NCBI GenBank assembly: GCA_036677065.1
Contig: JAKFBS010000002.1
Span: forward strand, 160,001-224,000
Length of the DNA stretch: 64,000 nucleotides
Direction of reading: 5' to 3'
From: Bdellovibrio sp.
GTDB lineage: Bacteria; Bdellovibrionota; Bdellovibrionia; Bdellovibrionales; Bdellovibrionaceae
The position numbers were made by a program, and so were the translations under genes. A model generated the notes under the pieces. It did not search any database. It was not told where the DNA came from and saw only the letters and a program-made list of their open reading frames with translations. Position 1 is the stretch's first letter, and every line of letters begins with the position of its first letter. Positions 49,583-60,823 of this stretch are shown piece after piece.

Positions 49583-49684
49583 GTGAGTTTCGAATTGAGT
49601 GAGGTTTTAATTTTTTGTGGTTTTTATTCTAGCCTGGTGATCTTTTCCCTCTGGATCACTGTAGCCGACAGAATAAAGATGTAA
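49583..49684 (+). CDS. Putative 33-aa single-TM small protein (MSFELSEVLIFCGFYSSLVIFSLWITVADRIKM)
   Basis: AAGGAG 6 nt before GTG; 21-residue uncharged hydrophobic core; below the ORF-track size cutoff. Confidence 0.45.
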   Translation: MSFELSEVLIFCGFYSSLVIFSLWITVADRIKM

Positions 49685-49747
49685 CAAAAAGATATTAGTT
49701 CTAAGTAAGAGTGAGTTGGGTTTTGGTGGTTCCCTAACTTAATCTTC

Positions 49748-49782
49748 AGCGGAAAGCCTAAAAAGCTTTCCGCTTTTTTTTT
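49748..49782 (+). terminator. Intrinsic terminator
   Basis: AGCGGAAAGC-N7-GCTTTCCGCT followed by a T tract. Confidence 0.88.
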
Positions 49783-49808
49783 GTCTTTTTTTCATGTAGA
49801 TATATTCT

Positions 49809-50816
49809 ATGAAACTTTCTGACCTACATTTTGACTATCCCGAAGAACTTATAGCTACAAGTCCGTCGCGCCCAACGCGAGTGATGCTTGTGGACACAAA
49901 CGGTCAGCCTTGTGAAATAACAATTTCACAATTAATCGAACAAATTCCGGCAGGTGATGTTTTAGTGTTAAACGACACCAAAGTTTTAAAAAGACGGGTG
50001 TTTGTGCGGACGGCTGAGTCCGACGATCTAGAAATTCTTTTCTTAGAAGAATTACCAGACGGTACCCAAAAAGTTTTATTTCCTTCAAAAAAATATAAAG
50101 TTAATGACGAGATCATTTTACCTAACGGTGCTAAAATGAAGCTTTTAGAAAAAGGACTTCCTCAAATCGTTCAGGTAACACCTCGATTAACTGAAGCTGA
50201 TTTTGATAAATTCGGCGAATTGCCGTTGCCACCTTATATTCAAAAAGCCCGTGATGCCCGCCATAACGTACAAGCCGATGAAAGCTGGTATCAAACGGCC
50301 TGGGCGCAAAACCCCGGAAGTTTCGCAGCCCCCACGGCAAGTCTACATTTCAGCGAGGCCGATTTAAAAACACTTGAAGCTAAAGGCGTAAAAGTTTTAA
50401 AAATCACTCTGCATGTGGGGCTTGGAACTTTTCTACCGGTAAAAACCGAAAATTTAAATGATCATAAAATGCACGCTGAAGTTTACGAAGTTTCAAGCGC
50501 GGTATGGGATCAAATCGAAAAAGCCAAAGCTGCGCAACATAAGGTTTGGGCCTTAGGTACAACAGTCACACGCACCTTAGAAACCGTCGCGCGCACAAAA
50601 GAATTATCTGGTTCATCAGAAATTTTATTACAAGCGGGCAGCGAATTTTTAGTCGTCGATCGTTTAATGACAAATTTCCACCAACCAGAATCAACATTAT
50701 TGGCACTGGTTTCTGGATTTTCATCCTTAGCCACCGTAAAGAAAAACTACGCCTGGGCGATCGAACGCAAATTCAAACTTTTCAGCTACGGTGATTTCTC
50801 AGTCTGGAAAAGGTAG
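49809..50816 (+). CDS. queA: S-adenosylmethionine:tRNA ribosyltransferase-isomerase
   Basis: GELPLPPYI, YQT, GSFAAPTASLHF, LHVGLGTF, TNFHQPEST, FSYGD. Confidence 0.96.
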   Translation: MKLSDLHFDYPEELIATSPSRPTRVMLVDTNGQPCEITISQLIEQIPAGDVLVLNDTKVLKRRVFVRTAESDDLEILFLEELPDGTQKVLFPSKKYKVNDEIILPNGAKMKLLEKGLPQIVQVTPRLTEADFDKFGELPLPPYIQKARDARHNVQADESWYQTAWAQNPGSFAAPTASLHFSEADLKTLEAKGVKVLKITLHVGLGTFLPVKTENLNDHKMHAEVYEVSSAVWDQIEKAKAAQHKVWALGTTVTRTLETVARTKELSGSSEILLQAGSEFLVVDRLMTNFHQPESTLLALVSGFSSLATVKKNYAWAIERKFKLFSYGDFSVWKR

Positions 50817-50828
50817 GCCGTACCTTTT
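50808..50828. repeat. Single REP-like palindrome
   Basis: AAAAGGTA-GGCCG-TACCTTTT, same family as 19089-19146. Confidence 0.65.
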
Positions 50829-53328
50829 ACCGGTAATTCATCGAGACATTGTGAATCGCATCGAATAACAGTTTTTTCTTAATGGGCTTCGATAACAATG
50901 TTACATCATCAAATGTTTTTGCGGTTTTTGCTGTGTAATCTAATAAATCGGCTGTGACTAGAATAACCGGAATCGGCTTAATATTGCGATGTCTTTCATA
51001 GGTGCGAATTTTTTCTAACAATTCAAAACCATCCATATTCGGCATGCGCACATCTAAGATTAATAAATCCGGAAGTTTTTTTTCAAAACTTTGCCAAGCG
51101 GTCTCGCCATCGTAATTGTAATTCACTTGCCAGGTGGATTTTGCAAAATAAGCTTTATACAGCTCGATATTGCCATGATCATCATCGGCTACGATAATTG
51201 ATAGATCTTCTTTAGGCACAACGACTGGCATGTTGGCTAAAGCTGAAGGATCTGTACTTTTTCGCAGCTGATCTGAAGATAAATGTTTGCGGTGGCGACT
51301 GCGGCTTGTAAAACCATTAGCTGTTAATAATTCATAAGGTAAAAACGGCGCATTACTTAAATGATTAATGTTTAAATGCCCCCACGTTTGCTGGATCTTG
51401 CCTTGGCCTAAAACAAACACATGGCGGCCAAATGTTTTAGATAAAATATCAAGATCCATTTGAGCCGTTTCAGGATCATGCACAAACCAATAATTACGGT
51501 TCGAGTCAGTCAGTAATAATACTTTGGCAAAGTCTTCAGTAATAAAAACAACTTCTTCAATATTCGGATGAAAAGCTAAAGCCGAGAATGATTTTTGTAA
51601 TTGTGGATCAGTCGACAATAGCACGGCTGTGTACTTGGTTGTGTCATGAGTTTTATAAATTTCGTACCAGTTCACGCGGTCTGGTCGGTTAAGCTCTAAC
51701 TCTACCGAGAAAACGGATCCTTTTTTTAGCGTCGATTGCACTGAAATTTTTCCGTGCATTTTTTTAATAATATCTTTAACGATAGATAAGCCAAGACCTA
51801 CTCCGCCTTCGGCATAAGTTTTTGAATTTTCTACCTGAAAGAAAGCATCGAAAACTTTGCTCACCTTATCAGAAGGAATCCCAATACCTGTATCTTTGAT
51901 TTCAAATTTTAATTGTACACGATTTGAAATTAAACTTTCAGTGGCCTGCACGGCTAAAATCACATGGCCTGCTAAAGTGTATTTGCTGGCGTTGCGTAAT
52001 AAGTTAATTAAGACCTGGCGTAAGCGGTTTGGATCAGCGATCACGCAAGCGGGCATCGACTTATCTAAGTGCAGATAAATTTTAAGACCTTTTGATTTAC
52101 AATCCTGACCGGCTAGTTTTACGACATCCCCTAAAAATTGCGCCATATAAATAGTGCGCTCCTGAAAGGTCATTTCATTTTTTTCAGCTTGGGCTAATTC
52201 GATCAAATCATCCATCATTGAAAGCAGGTGTTCACCTGACGTGTGCATAGTTTTAAGATAATTTTGCACGACATTGTCGACATTCACTTCGCTACAAAGA
52301 TCGATCATGCCTAATATTAGATTTAGCGGCGTCCTGATCTCGTGACTGATCTTGCCGAAAAAATGCGCTTTACTGTTCAGGGCCTGTTGCAGATCATGCG
52401 CTGTTTTTTCTAAGGCTAAGGTTTTTGCGACAATCAATTTATTCGCCAAGCGATTTTGATTAATTAAAGTGTAAAATAAGTATGAGATCACCAGGGTTAA
52501 TAAAAAACCAAGCGCCGCCGCTGATTTTTCAGGTGACAAAAAGTTTGTGCGCATCGGTGCATAACGAAAATTAATAGATAAATCGATATTTGATTGCGGC
52601 AATGAATTTGTAAAGCGCACACTAGTTATATTTAAATCGGGCTTGTCGACGTATTTAGAAAGAATTTTTTTACCGTTGATATTTTGAATTAACCACGACG
52701 TTTTGCTATTTTCAGCTTTGACGACGATGCTATTTAAGTCAGACAAAATAGTTTGATTAAATAAACTAGCTAAAGGAGTCGTAAAAAGAAAATAAATCTT
52801 ACGATGAACACGCGACCGTAAGACAACTGATAAATAGGGTCGTTCATTGGATTCAAAAACTAACGTAGTCAAAAGACTTGATGTTTTTTTCAAGTCTTTG
52901 ATCATATTTTTGATGTCATTCGATTGTAAGTAACTTGAAGGCACATCAGGTATAGTCGAATCGGGGGTATTTACCCGAAGCAGGGCTTTATACTTATTGC
53001 CTTGTTCCTGAATAATAGTCATGCGCTGAAATAATGTGTGCCTCAGTACTAAATCTAAGTACGGCTCATCTTTAGTGTAATTGATTGGACGATCTTCAAG
53101 GTTTGCTTCGTAACTTTGAATTTTTAAAATGCTATTTGTTAATAACAAATCTATTTTGGTTAATTCTTCGCGTGCTGTTTGGCTAAATACTGATTTTTGA
53201 ATGAAGTCATCACGCTGTTTTAAATGAGCGTAAATATAGTAGGTTAAGCCGAAGCCGAAAATAAGAGTCAATACCGGAGCCCACAAAACAATTTTTTGCA
53301 GTTGGGTAATTCTATGACTTATTGACAT
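50827..53328 (-). CDS. Hybrid sensor histidine kinase/receiver
   Basis: Two TM helices, SHEIRTPL, NASKYT, GVGLGL, LDVRMP. Start uncertain (53328 or 53364). Confidence 0.92.
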   Translation of the reverse strand: MSISHRITQLQKIVLWAPVLTLIFGFGLTYYIYAHLKQRDDFIQKSVFSQTAREELTKIDLLLTNSILKIQSYEANLEDRPINYTKDEPYLDLVLRHTLFQRMTIIQEQGNKYKALLRVNTPDSTIPDVPSSYLQSNDIKNMIKDLKKTSSLLTTLVFESNERPYLSVVLRSRVHRKIYFLFTTPLASLFNQTILSDLNSIVVKAENSKTSWLIQNINGKKILSKYVDKPDLNITSVRFTNSLPQSNIDLSINFRYAPMRTNFLSPEKSAAALGFLLTLVISYLFYTLINQNRLANKLIVAKTLALEKTAHDLQQALNSKAHFFGKISHEIRTPLNLILGMIDLCSEVNVDNVVQNYLKTMHTSGEHLLSMMDDLIELAQAEKNEMTFQERTIYMAQFLGDVVKLAGQDCKSKGLKIYLHLDKSMPACVIADPNRLRQVLINLLRNASKYTLAGHVILAVQATESLISNRVQLKFEIKDTGIGIPSDKVSKVFDAFFQVENSKTYAEGGVGLGLSIVKDIIKKMHGKISVQSTLKKGSVFSVELELNRPDRVNWYEIYKTHDTTKYTAVLLSTDPQLQKSFSALAFHPNIEEVVFITEDFAKVLLLTDSNRNYWFVHDPETAQMDLDILSKTFGRHVFVLGQGKIQQTWGHLNINHLSNAPFLPYELLTANGFTSRSRHRKHLSSDQLRKSTDPSALANMPVVVPKEDLSIIVADDDHGNIELYKAYFAKSTWQVNYNYDGETAWQSFEKKLPDLLILDVRMPNMDGFELLEKIRTYERHRNIKPIPVILVTADLLDYTAKTAKTFDDVTLLSKPIKKKLLFDAIHNVSMNYR

Positions 53329-53407
53329 GATGACACGGTTGGAAAATCGATTTGAAGCTTTCATCTGTATTAATCTTAGATGAAGATATGTGATATTAAT
53401 AATAATT

Positions 53408-53431
53408 TCATTTGAAGAAATCTTCAAATGA
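53408..53431. promoter_or_regulatory. Perfect inverted repeat, candidate operator
   Basis: TCATTTGAAGA-AA-TCTTCAAATGA between the divergent kinase and Hpt genes. Confidence 0.5.
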
Positions 53432-53513
53432 CCTTCAAACGTCCTTTATTTGGACATGATTAACTATTTGACGGGGAATAAACGCGTCACGATGATGCTA
53501 GTTGAGGGGTATA

Positions 53514-53915
53514 ATGCAATTTCAAGATGTATTGGTAAAATTTAAAAAAGTTAAGGACTTTGACCCAAGCGGTCTGTTGCAGCTCAAGGAAGACACCGAT
53601 GAATCTGTGGCAATTAAGATCTTAGCGCGCTTTTTTATCACTCTTGAAGAATCGCTGAATCATGTCGCTAGCAGCCTAAACAGTGGCGAATTGGCTGAAG
53701 TCGCAAAAGGTTCACATAAAATTGCGGGCAGTGCTGACTTGGTTGGATTTGCAGTTTTCGCGCAAAAATCGCGAAAAATTTCTCGCGATGTAAAAACATT
53801 GCCTGAAATGTCTTCTGCAGATTTGCATCACGAAGTTGTCGATTATCTGAGTGATGGTAAATTAATGTTAGGTCAGATGAAAGAAGCTTTTCCTGACTAC
53901 AAAAAATGTATCTAA
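53514..53915 (+). CDS. Hpt phosphotransfer protein
   Basis: SHKIAGSADLVGF; GAGGGG RBS before ATG 53514. Confidence 0.85.
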   Translation: MQFQDVLVKFKKVKDFDPSGLLQLKEDTDESVAIKILARFFITLEESLNHVASSLNSGELAEVAKGSHKIAGSADLVGFAVFAQKSRKISRDVKTLPEMSSADLHHEVVDYLSDGKLMLGQMKEAFPDYKKCI

Positions 53916-53923
53916 AATAATGC

Positions 53924-54622
53924 TTAAGATTCTTTAACTTCGATTTTATATCCTGCACCTAAAACAGTTTCAACTTTTGCGGTGCTTGAAGATATTTTTT
54001 TACGAAGATGAGAAATATGGGCATCCACCGTACGCTCAGTAATATGTTTAGCAATACCCCAGACATGATCGATCAAATAATCTCGCGAATATACTTGGCC
54101 TGGACGGGTCGAAAGAATTTTTAAAAGTTTAAATTCAGACGGCGTTAAATCCACATTTTCAATCTTGTCAGCGACTTGAATTTGCACGCTCATTTTATCA
54201 GAATCGATAATCAGGTTTCCGATTTTAATATGCGAGCTATCTTTAGCCTGCGCCTGCGCTGTGCGAAGTCTGGCTTCAATGCGTGCTTTTAATTCTGCAG
54301 AATGAGGTGGTTTTACGATGTAATCATCGGCACCAACGCCGAACGCAGCTACTTTGCTTAAAATATCGTTGTCGGCACTTAAAATAATAATCGGGATGTT
54401 TTTAGCGCTAAAAGCATCTTTAAACTGGCTTAGGGCTTTGATCCCGTTGCCATCTGGCAGCGATACGTCCAAAAGAATCAAATCAAAACTTTCGCGGCCA
54501 TTTTGCACGTATTTAAAGGCATCGTTTAATGTAGGAGCGAAAGACAACGTATGGTCTTTTAAAACCGATGTGAGGTAAACCACAAAGTCCTGACTGTCTT
54601 CGATGCATAGTATTTTTGCCAT
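53924..54622 (-). CDS. OmpR-family response regulator
   Basis: ILCIED, LLDVSLPDG, GADDYIVKP, RTVDAHISHLRKK, GAGY. Confidence 0.93.
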   Translation of the reverse strand: MAKILCIEDSQDFVVYLTSVLKDHTLSFAPTLNDAFKYVQNGRESFDLILLDVSLPDGNGIKALSQFKDAFSAKNIPIIILSADNDILSKVAAFGVGADDYIVKPPHSAELKARIEARLRTAQAQAKDSSHIKIGNLIIDSDKMSVQIQVADKIENVDLTPSEFKLLKILSTRPGQVYSRDYLIDHVWGIAKHITERTVDAHISHLRKKISSSTAKVETVLGAGYKIEVKES

Positions 54623-54758
54623 AAAACTAACCAACCTCAATAGAAACGTATTTAGAGGAAAAAATACCGTGGTTTTGCGTATTCATCAAACCTTTTTAAT
54701 TCTAATCCCAAATTTACCCCACACACTTAATAGTAAGGCATACATCAAGGAGGAATAT

Positions 54759-55136
54759 ATGACTATTAACTTACATTTTTCTCACGTCGAGGTCCCAGAT
54801 TATCTACGTTACAACATTGAAGGTTACGTGACCGAAATGATCGGAGAACTGGCCCAGAAACCAAATTTATTCGTAGATTTATTCTGTAAAAAAGAAGTTG
54901 TGTCTAAAAACCACGGAGAAAAATTTAAATGTCACATAGAGGCGCACGCCCCTTGGTTGAACAAAAAAATATATGTGCAAACCACGGGCGATGAGTGCTG
55001 GGAAACCATTACCAAAGCGTCCGGAATCATGAAACGTAAACTATTTAGTCAGAAAAAATCTGATCACAGAAGAAGAGCGAGAGCGGATTGGAGTCTTGAA
55101 CAGGCAGACAGTAACGAACAAGAATTAGCAATTTAA
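54759..55136 (+). CDS. Divergent HPF/RaiA (ribosome-associated, sigma54 modulation)-like protein
   Basis: AGGAGG RBS; MTINLHFSHVEVPDYLRYNI...FKCHIEAH...TITKASGIMKRKL follows the HPF pattern. Confidence 0.55.
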   Translation: MTINLHFSHVEVPDYLRYNIEGYVTEMIGELAQKPNLFVDLFCKKEVVSKNHGEKFKCHIEAHAPWLNKKIYVQTTGDECWETITKASGIMKRKLFSQKKSDHRRRARADWSLEQADSNEQELAI

Positions 55137-55180
55137 GATGAGCAAACCTTAAAGCAACTCTTGTTGAAAGAGAGTGTGTT

Positions 55181-55591
55181 ATGATTTACAGAATCTTAAT
55201 TATCGAAGATGATTTGGCCTATAAGCCACTCTGGGCAGATATTCTGCGCAGATACTTAGGTGGTCATATTGCTGATATTGTTTGGGCTGTTAGTGCTGAA
55301 GAAGCGCGTATTCAATACGAAAAATCTATCGCCACGAAACAGTATTTCGATTTCATTATCACAGATGTATTCTTAGCGGGCTCAGACACAGGTCTGGATT
55401 TCGTCGAAAACATTTTCGCTGATGATCAAGAAGCCCCTCCCATTATCTTGATTTCATCAGTCGATAAAGAAGAAGTCGAAGACATCGTGAATACAGATTC
55501 ACGTCGTGTTGAAGTTTTAACAAAGCCAATTAATGCAGTTCAGTTTAAAGAAGTTATGAACCGAATTACCGAAAACCGAAGGGCGATTTAA
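55181..55591 (+). CDS. Single-domain response regulator
   Basis: ILIIEDD, ITDVFL, ISS, KP. Confidence 0.85.
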   Translation: MIYRILIIEDDLAYKPLWADILRRYLGGHIADIVWAVSAEEARIQYEKSIATKQYFDFIITDVFLAGSDTGLDFVENIFADDQEAPPIILISSVDKEEVEDIVNTDSRRVEVLTKPINAVQFKEVMNRITENRRAI

Positions 55592-55593
55592 GT

Positions 55594-57679
<2,086 letters not shown>

Positions 57680-57764
57680 CCATCCTTGATCGTAACAGCG
57701 TTTAAGTGTTCAATTTACTTTGAGTTTTTTCGAAAAACTAAATTTAATAAAGGGACTTAAAAAT

Positions 57765-58133
57765 ATGTTACTGAAAATGTTATCGATGAATTTCGCCGCT
57801 TTCGCACAAGACGCAACTACAGCAGCAACAGCAGCTACTGCAGAACAACCTCCAGCATGGATGCAATTTGTTCCGATGCTTGCCATCGTAGTGGTGTTTT
57901 ATTTTTTCTTAATTCGCCCACAAGCAAAACGCGCTAAAGAACAACAAGGATTTTTATCAGCTTTAAAAGTTGGTGACCAAGTTGTTACACAAAGTGGTTT
58001 GTTCGGAAAAATCACTGGCCTAAATGAGCAAATCGCAAATCTTGAGATTTCAAACGGGGTGACTATTAAACTTCTTCGTTCGCAAATCACGATGCTTCAA
58101 TCAGCTTTGCAAAAAGCTGAGCCCGCGAAATAA
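57765..58133 (+). CDS. yajC: Preprotein translocase subunit YajC
   Basis: FYFFLIRPQ, LKVGDQVVTQSG. Start uncertain. Confidence 0.95.
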   Translation: MLLKMLSMNFAAFAQDATTAATAATAEQPPAWMQFVPMLAIVVVFYFFLIRPQAKRAKEQQGFLSALKVGDQVVTQSGLFGKITGLNEQIANLEISNGVTIKLLRSQITMLQSALQKAEPAK

Positions 58134-58166
58134 TTTTTTAGAAAATAAAAGACAAGGAAAAACAAC

Positions 58167-59858
58167 ATGGAAAATCTACGACTGAGAACATGGACAGCTG
58201 GCATTGCATTAGTATTAGCTGCGCTATTCATTGCTCCTAACTTTATCGACACCTCGAAATTTGCTTGGTGGCCGGCACGTAAATTAAATTACGGCTTAGA
58301 CATTCAAGGTGGTATCCACTTAGTTATGGGTGTTGATGTTGAAAGTGTTTTAGTCACTACAGTCAATCGTCAAACGATTGTACTTGGTGCTGACTTCGCA
58401 AAAGAAAACATCAAAATCAAAGGTTTCGACACAGCTAACGCTAAAAATGGCGGTTTGAATGTTTTAGTTGAATCTGCAGAAGCTGCAAAACAAGTTGAAG
58501 CAGTTATTTTGAAAAACTACGTTGGCGCATTGCAAGTGATCTCGGCTACAGCTGAAAAAGTTGAAATCCGCTATTACGACGCCTATTTATTGGATCAAAA
58601 ACAAAATACAATTCGTCAGGCGATCGAAACAATTCGTAATCGTATCGATGAATTCGGTGTGGCAGAACCTTCAATCACGCAACAAGGTGCTGACCGTATT
58701 TTAATTCAATTGCCAGGTTTAGCTGATGCTGAAAAAGCAAAACAGTTAATCAACACAACGGCTAAACTTGATTTCATGTTAGTGTCTTACGATAAGTCTC
58801 CGGATGAAGTTCGTAAGATGATTGATGACGCTGAAAAAGCGGGTGGCTACTCAATGGCAACATTGAAATACACTGAATACATCAAACGCCTTAACGATGA
58901 TTTAAAAGCGCAACTTCCAGCAAACACAGCGATTTACTTCGAAAAAGGTTCGAACGCTAAAACAATGGAGGCCGGAAGCACTCCTTATTTATTAACAACA
59001 GATACAGATCTTGGCGGCGATTCATTAGATAGCGCTGGGGTTTCGTTTGACCAGTACGGTTCTCCTGAAGTGACTTTACGTTTCAACCCATCTGGGGCAA
59101 ATAAATTTGCTGATTTAACAGAAAAAAACATCAACCGCCAAATGGCTGTGGTGTTAGATAGAGTTGTTAAAACAGCGCCTAACATCAATTCAAAAATTCC
59201 AAATGGCCAAGCGGTCATTACTTTAGGCCGTTCTGGTGACCAACAACAGATGATGGATGAAGCAAAACTTATTTCTACGGCTTTACGCGCGGGAGCCTTA
59301 CCTGCAACGCTTGAGCAATTAGAAGAACGCCGAGTTGGTCCTTCTCTTGGTAAAGATGCCTTAGAAAAAGCTCGTTTAGGGGCTATCATTGGTTCAATCC
59401 TGATTATGATTTTCATGGTTGTTTACTATAAAGGTATGGGCGTTATCACGGCGTTCACGCTAATCTTAAATATCGTTGCGGTGTTTGCGATCCTTGGTTC
59501 ACTAGGTGCTACATTAACGTTACCTGGTATTGCCGGTATGGCGTTAACTGTGGGCTTTGCGGTTGATGCGAACGTTTTAATTAATGAGCGTATTCGTGAA
59601 GAGTTAGCAAAAGGTGCCGGCATTAAAGCGGCGATTCAAGATGGGTACTCTCAGGCTATGTCTGCGATCATCGATTCGAATGTAACAACATCGGCAACTG
59701 CATTAATCTTATTGTACTTCGGAACAGGTCCGGTACGTGGTTTCGCTGTTACATTACTTGCGGGTATCGCAACGACTATTTTTGCAAACGTTTTCGTTTC
59801 AAAAGTAATCTCTGACAACTTAGTTTACCGCTTTGGTCTTAAAAAGATTTCTATATAA
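58167..59858 (+). CDS. secD: Protein translocase subunit SecD
   Basis: GLDIQGG, RIDEFGVAEP, LRAGALP, VGPSLG, VDANVLINERIREE. Confidence 0.97.
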   Translation: MENLRLRTWTAGIALVLAALFIAPNFIDTSKFAWWPARKLNYGLDIQGGIHLVMGVDVESVLVTTVNRQTIVLGADFAKENIKIKGFDTANAKNGGLNVLVESAEAAKQVEAVILKNYVGALQVISATAEKVEIRYYDAYLLDQKQNTIRQAIETIRNRIDEFGVAEPSITQQGADRILIQLPGLADAEKAKQLINTTAKLDFMLVSYDKSPDEVRKMIDDAEKAGGYSMATLKYTEYIKRLNDDLKAQLPANTAIYFEKGSNAKTMEAGSTPYLLTTDTDLGGDSLDSAGVSFDQYGSPEVTLRFNPSGANKFADLTEKNINRQMAVVLDRVVKTAPNINSKIPNGQAVITLGRSGDQQQMMDEAKLISTALRAGALPATLEQLEERRVGPSLGKDALEKARLGAIIGSILIMIFMVVYYKGMGVITAFTLILNIVAVFAILGSLGATLTLPGIAGMALTVGFAVDANVLINERIREELAKGAGIKAAIQDGYSQAMSAIIDSNVTTSATALILLYFGTGPVRGFAVTLLAGIATTIFANVFVSKVISDNLVYRFGLKKISI

Positions 59859-59866
59859 TTAGGGGA

Positions 59867-60817
59867 ATGAATAAAATGGCAAAAAATAATACTACACAAG
59901 AATCCTCTGGAAAATTTGATTTCGTCGGAAAAGTCGGAATCTTCGGCGGGATCTCATTAATTTTAACTGTACTTTCTTTGGGTTACATCGCGGTTAAAGG
60001 TATTAACTACGGTATCGACTTTAAAGGTGGAACTGAAATTCAGGTAAAATTCGAACAGTCTGTAAATATCGATCAAGTGCGTACTTCATTAGATGGTTTA
60101 GCTTTAGGTGAAGTTGGCGTTCAGGCTTTCGGTGAAGGCAACGAATTTATCATCCGCTTTCAAGGCGAAAAAGGCACAACTGATAAAGAAACAAATGAAA
60201 ATTTAAACACTTCGATCACAAGTCTTAAAGATAAAATCATGACAACGTTTGCGGCTCAAGGTCCGGACATCCGTCGTGTTGATACAGTGGGGCCTCAGGT
60301 TGGAGCAGAGCTTAAACGTAATGGATTTCTAGCGGTATTTTACTGTCTATTAGTTATCTTTATTTACGTTGCTCTTCGTTTTGATTATAAATTTTCGCCG
60401 GGTGCGGTGGTGTGTTTATTTCATGATGCGGTAATTACCTTAGCTGTGTTCTTATTGGTCGGAAAAGAAGTTAATATTCCGATTTTAGCAGCGATTCTAA
60501 CGTTAATTGGTTTCTCGTTAAATGATACGATCGTGGTATTTGACCGTATTCGTGAAACAGAACACCGTTACAGAGACCGTGGTTTTAAATTCATTATCAA
60601 CAAATCAATCAATGATATGTTAGGCAGAACTATTATTACTTCGGGCACAGTTTTTATATCGGCATTATGTTTATTGATTTTTGCTGATGGCGTTGTGCAA
60701 GACATCGCGTTTGCGCTTTCTGTAGGTATCGTATTCGGAGCATACTCAAGTATTTACGTAGCGGCTCCGTTTATCTTAATTATGGAGAACATTTTTAAAC
60801 CGACTGCAAAGGCGTAA
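59867..60817 (+). CDS. secF: Protein translocase subunit SecF
   Basis: GIDFKGG, VGPQVG, HD, SLNDTIVVFDRIRE. Confidence 0.97.
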   Translation: MNKMAKNNTTQESSGKFDFVGKVGIFGGISLILTVLSLGYIAVKGINYGIDFKGGTEIQVKFEQSVNIDQVRTSLDGLALGEVGVQAFGEGNEFIIRFQGEKGTTDKETNENLNTSITSLKDKIMTTFAAQGPDIRRVDTVGPQVGAELKRNGFLAVFYCLLVIFIYVALRFDYKFSPGAVVCLFHDAVITLAVFLLVGKEVNIPILAAILTLIGFSLNDTIVVFDRIRETEHRYRDRGFKFIINKSINDMLGRTIITSGTVFISALCLLIFADGVVQDIAFALSVGIVFGAYSSIYVAAPFILIMENIFKPTAKA

Positions 60818-60823
60818 TTGCCC

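Larger units (their letters stand above)
49441..49782 (+). ncRNA. Candidate structured RNA with CsrA/RsmA-type GGA hairpins
   Basis: GAGC-AAGGAC-GCTC, ACAGCT-AGGAT-GGCTGT, GCCA-AGGA-TGGC, a GCAA tetraloop hairpin, two further stems and a terminator; TATCAT -10-like box at 49429. Confidence 0.6.

Noticed and set aside
49441..49808. preQ1 or c-di-GMP riboswitch in front of queA
   Set aside because: No recognisable aptamer consensus; GGA hairpins fit CsrA sites better. An attenuator role cannot be fully excluded.
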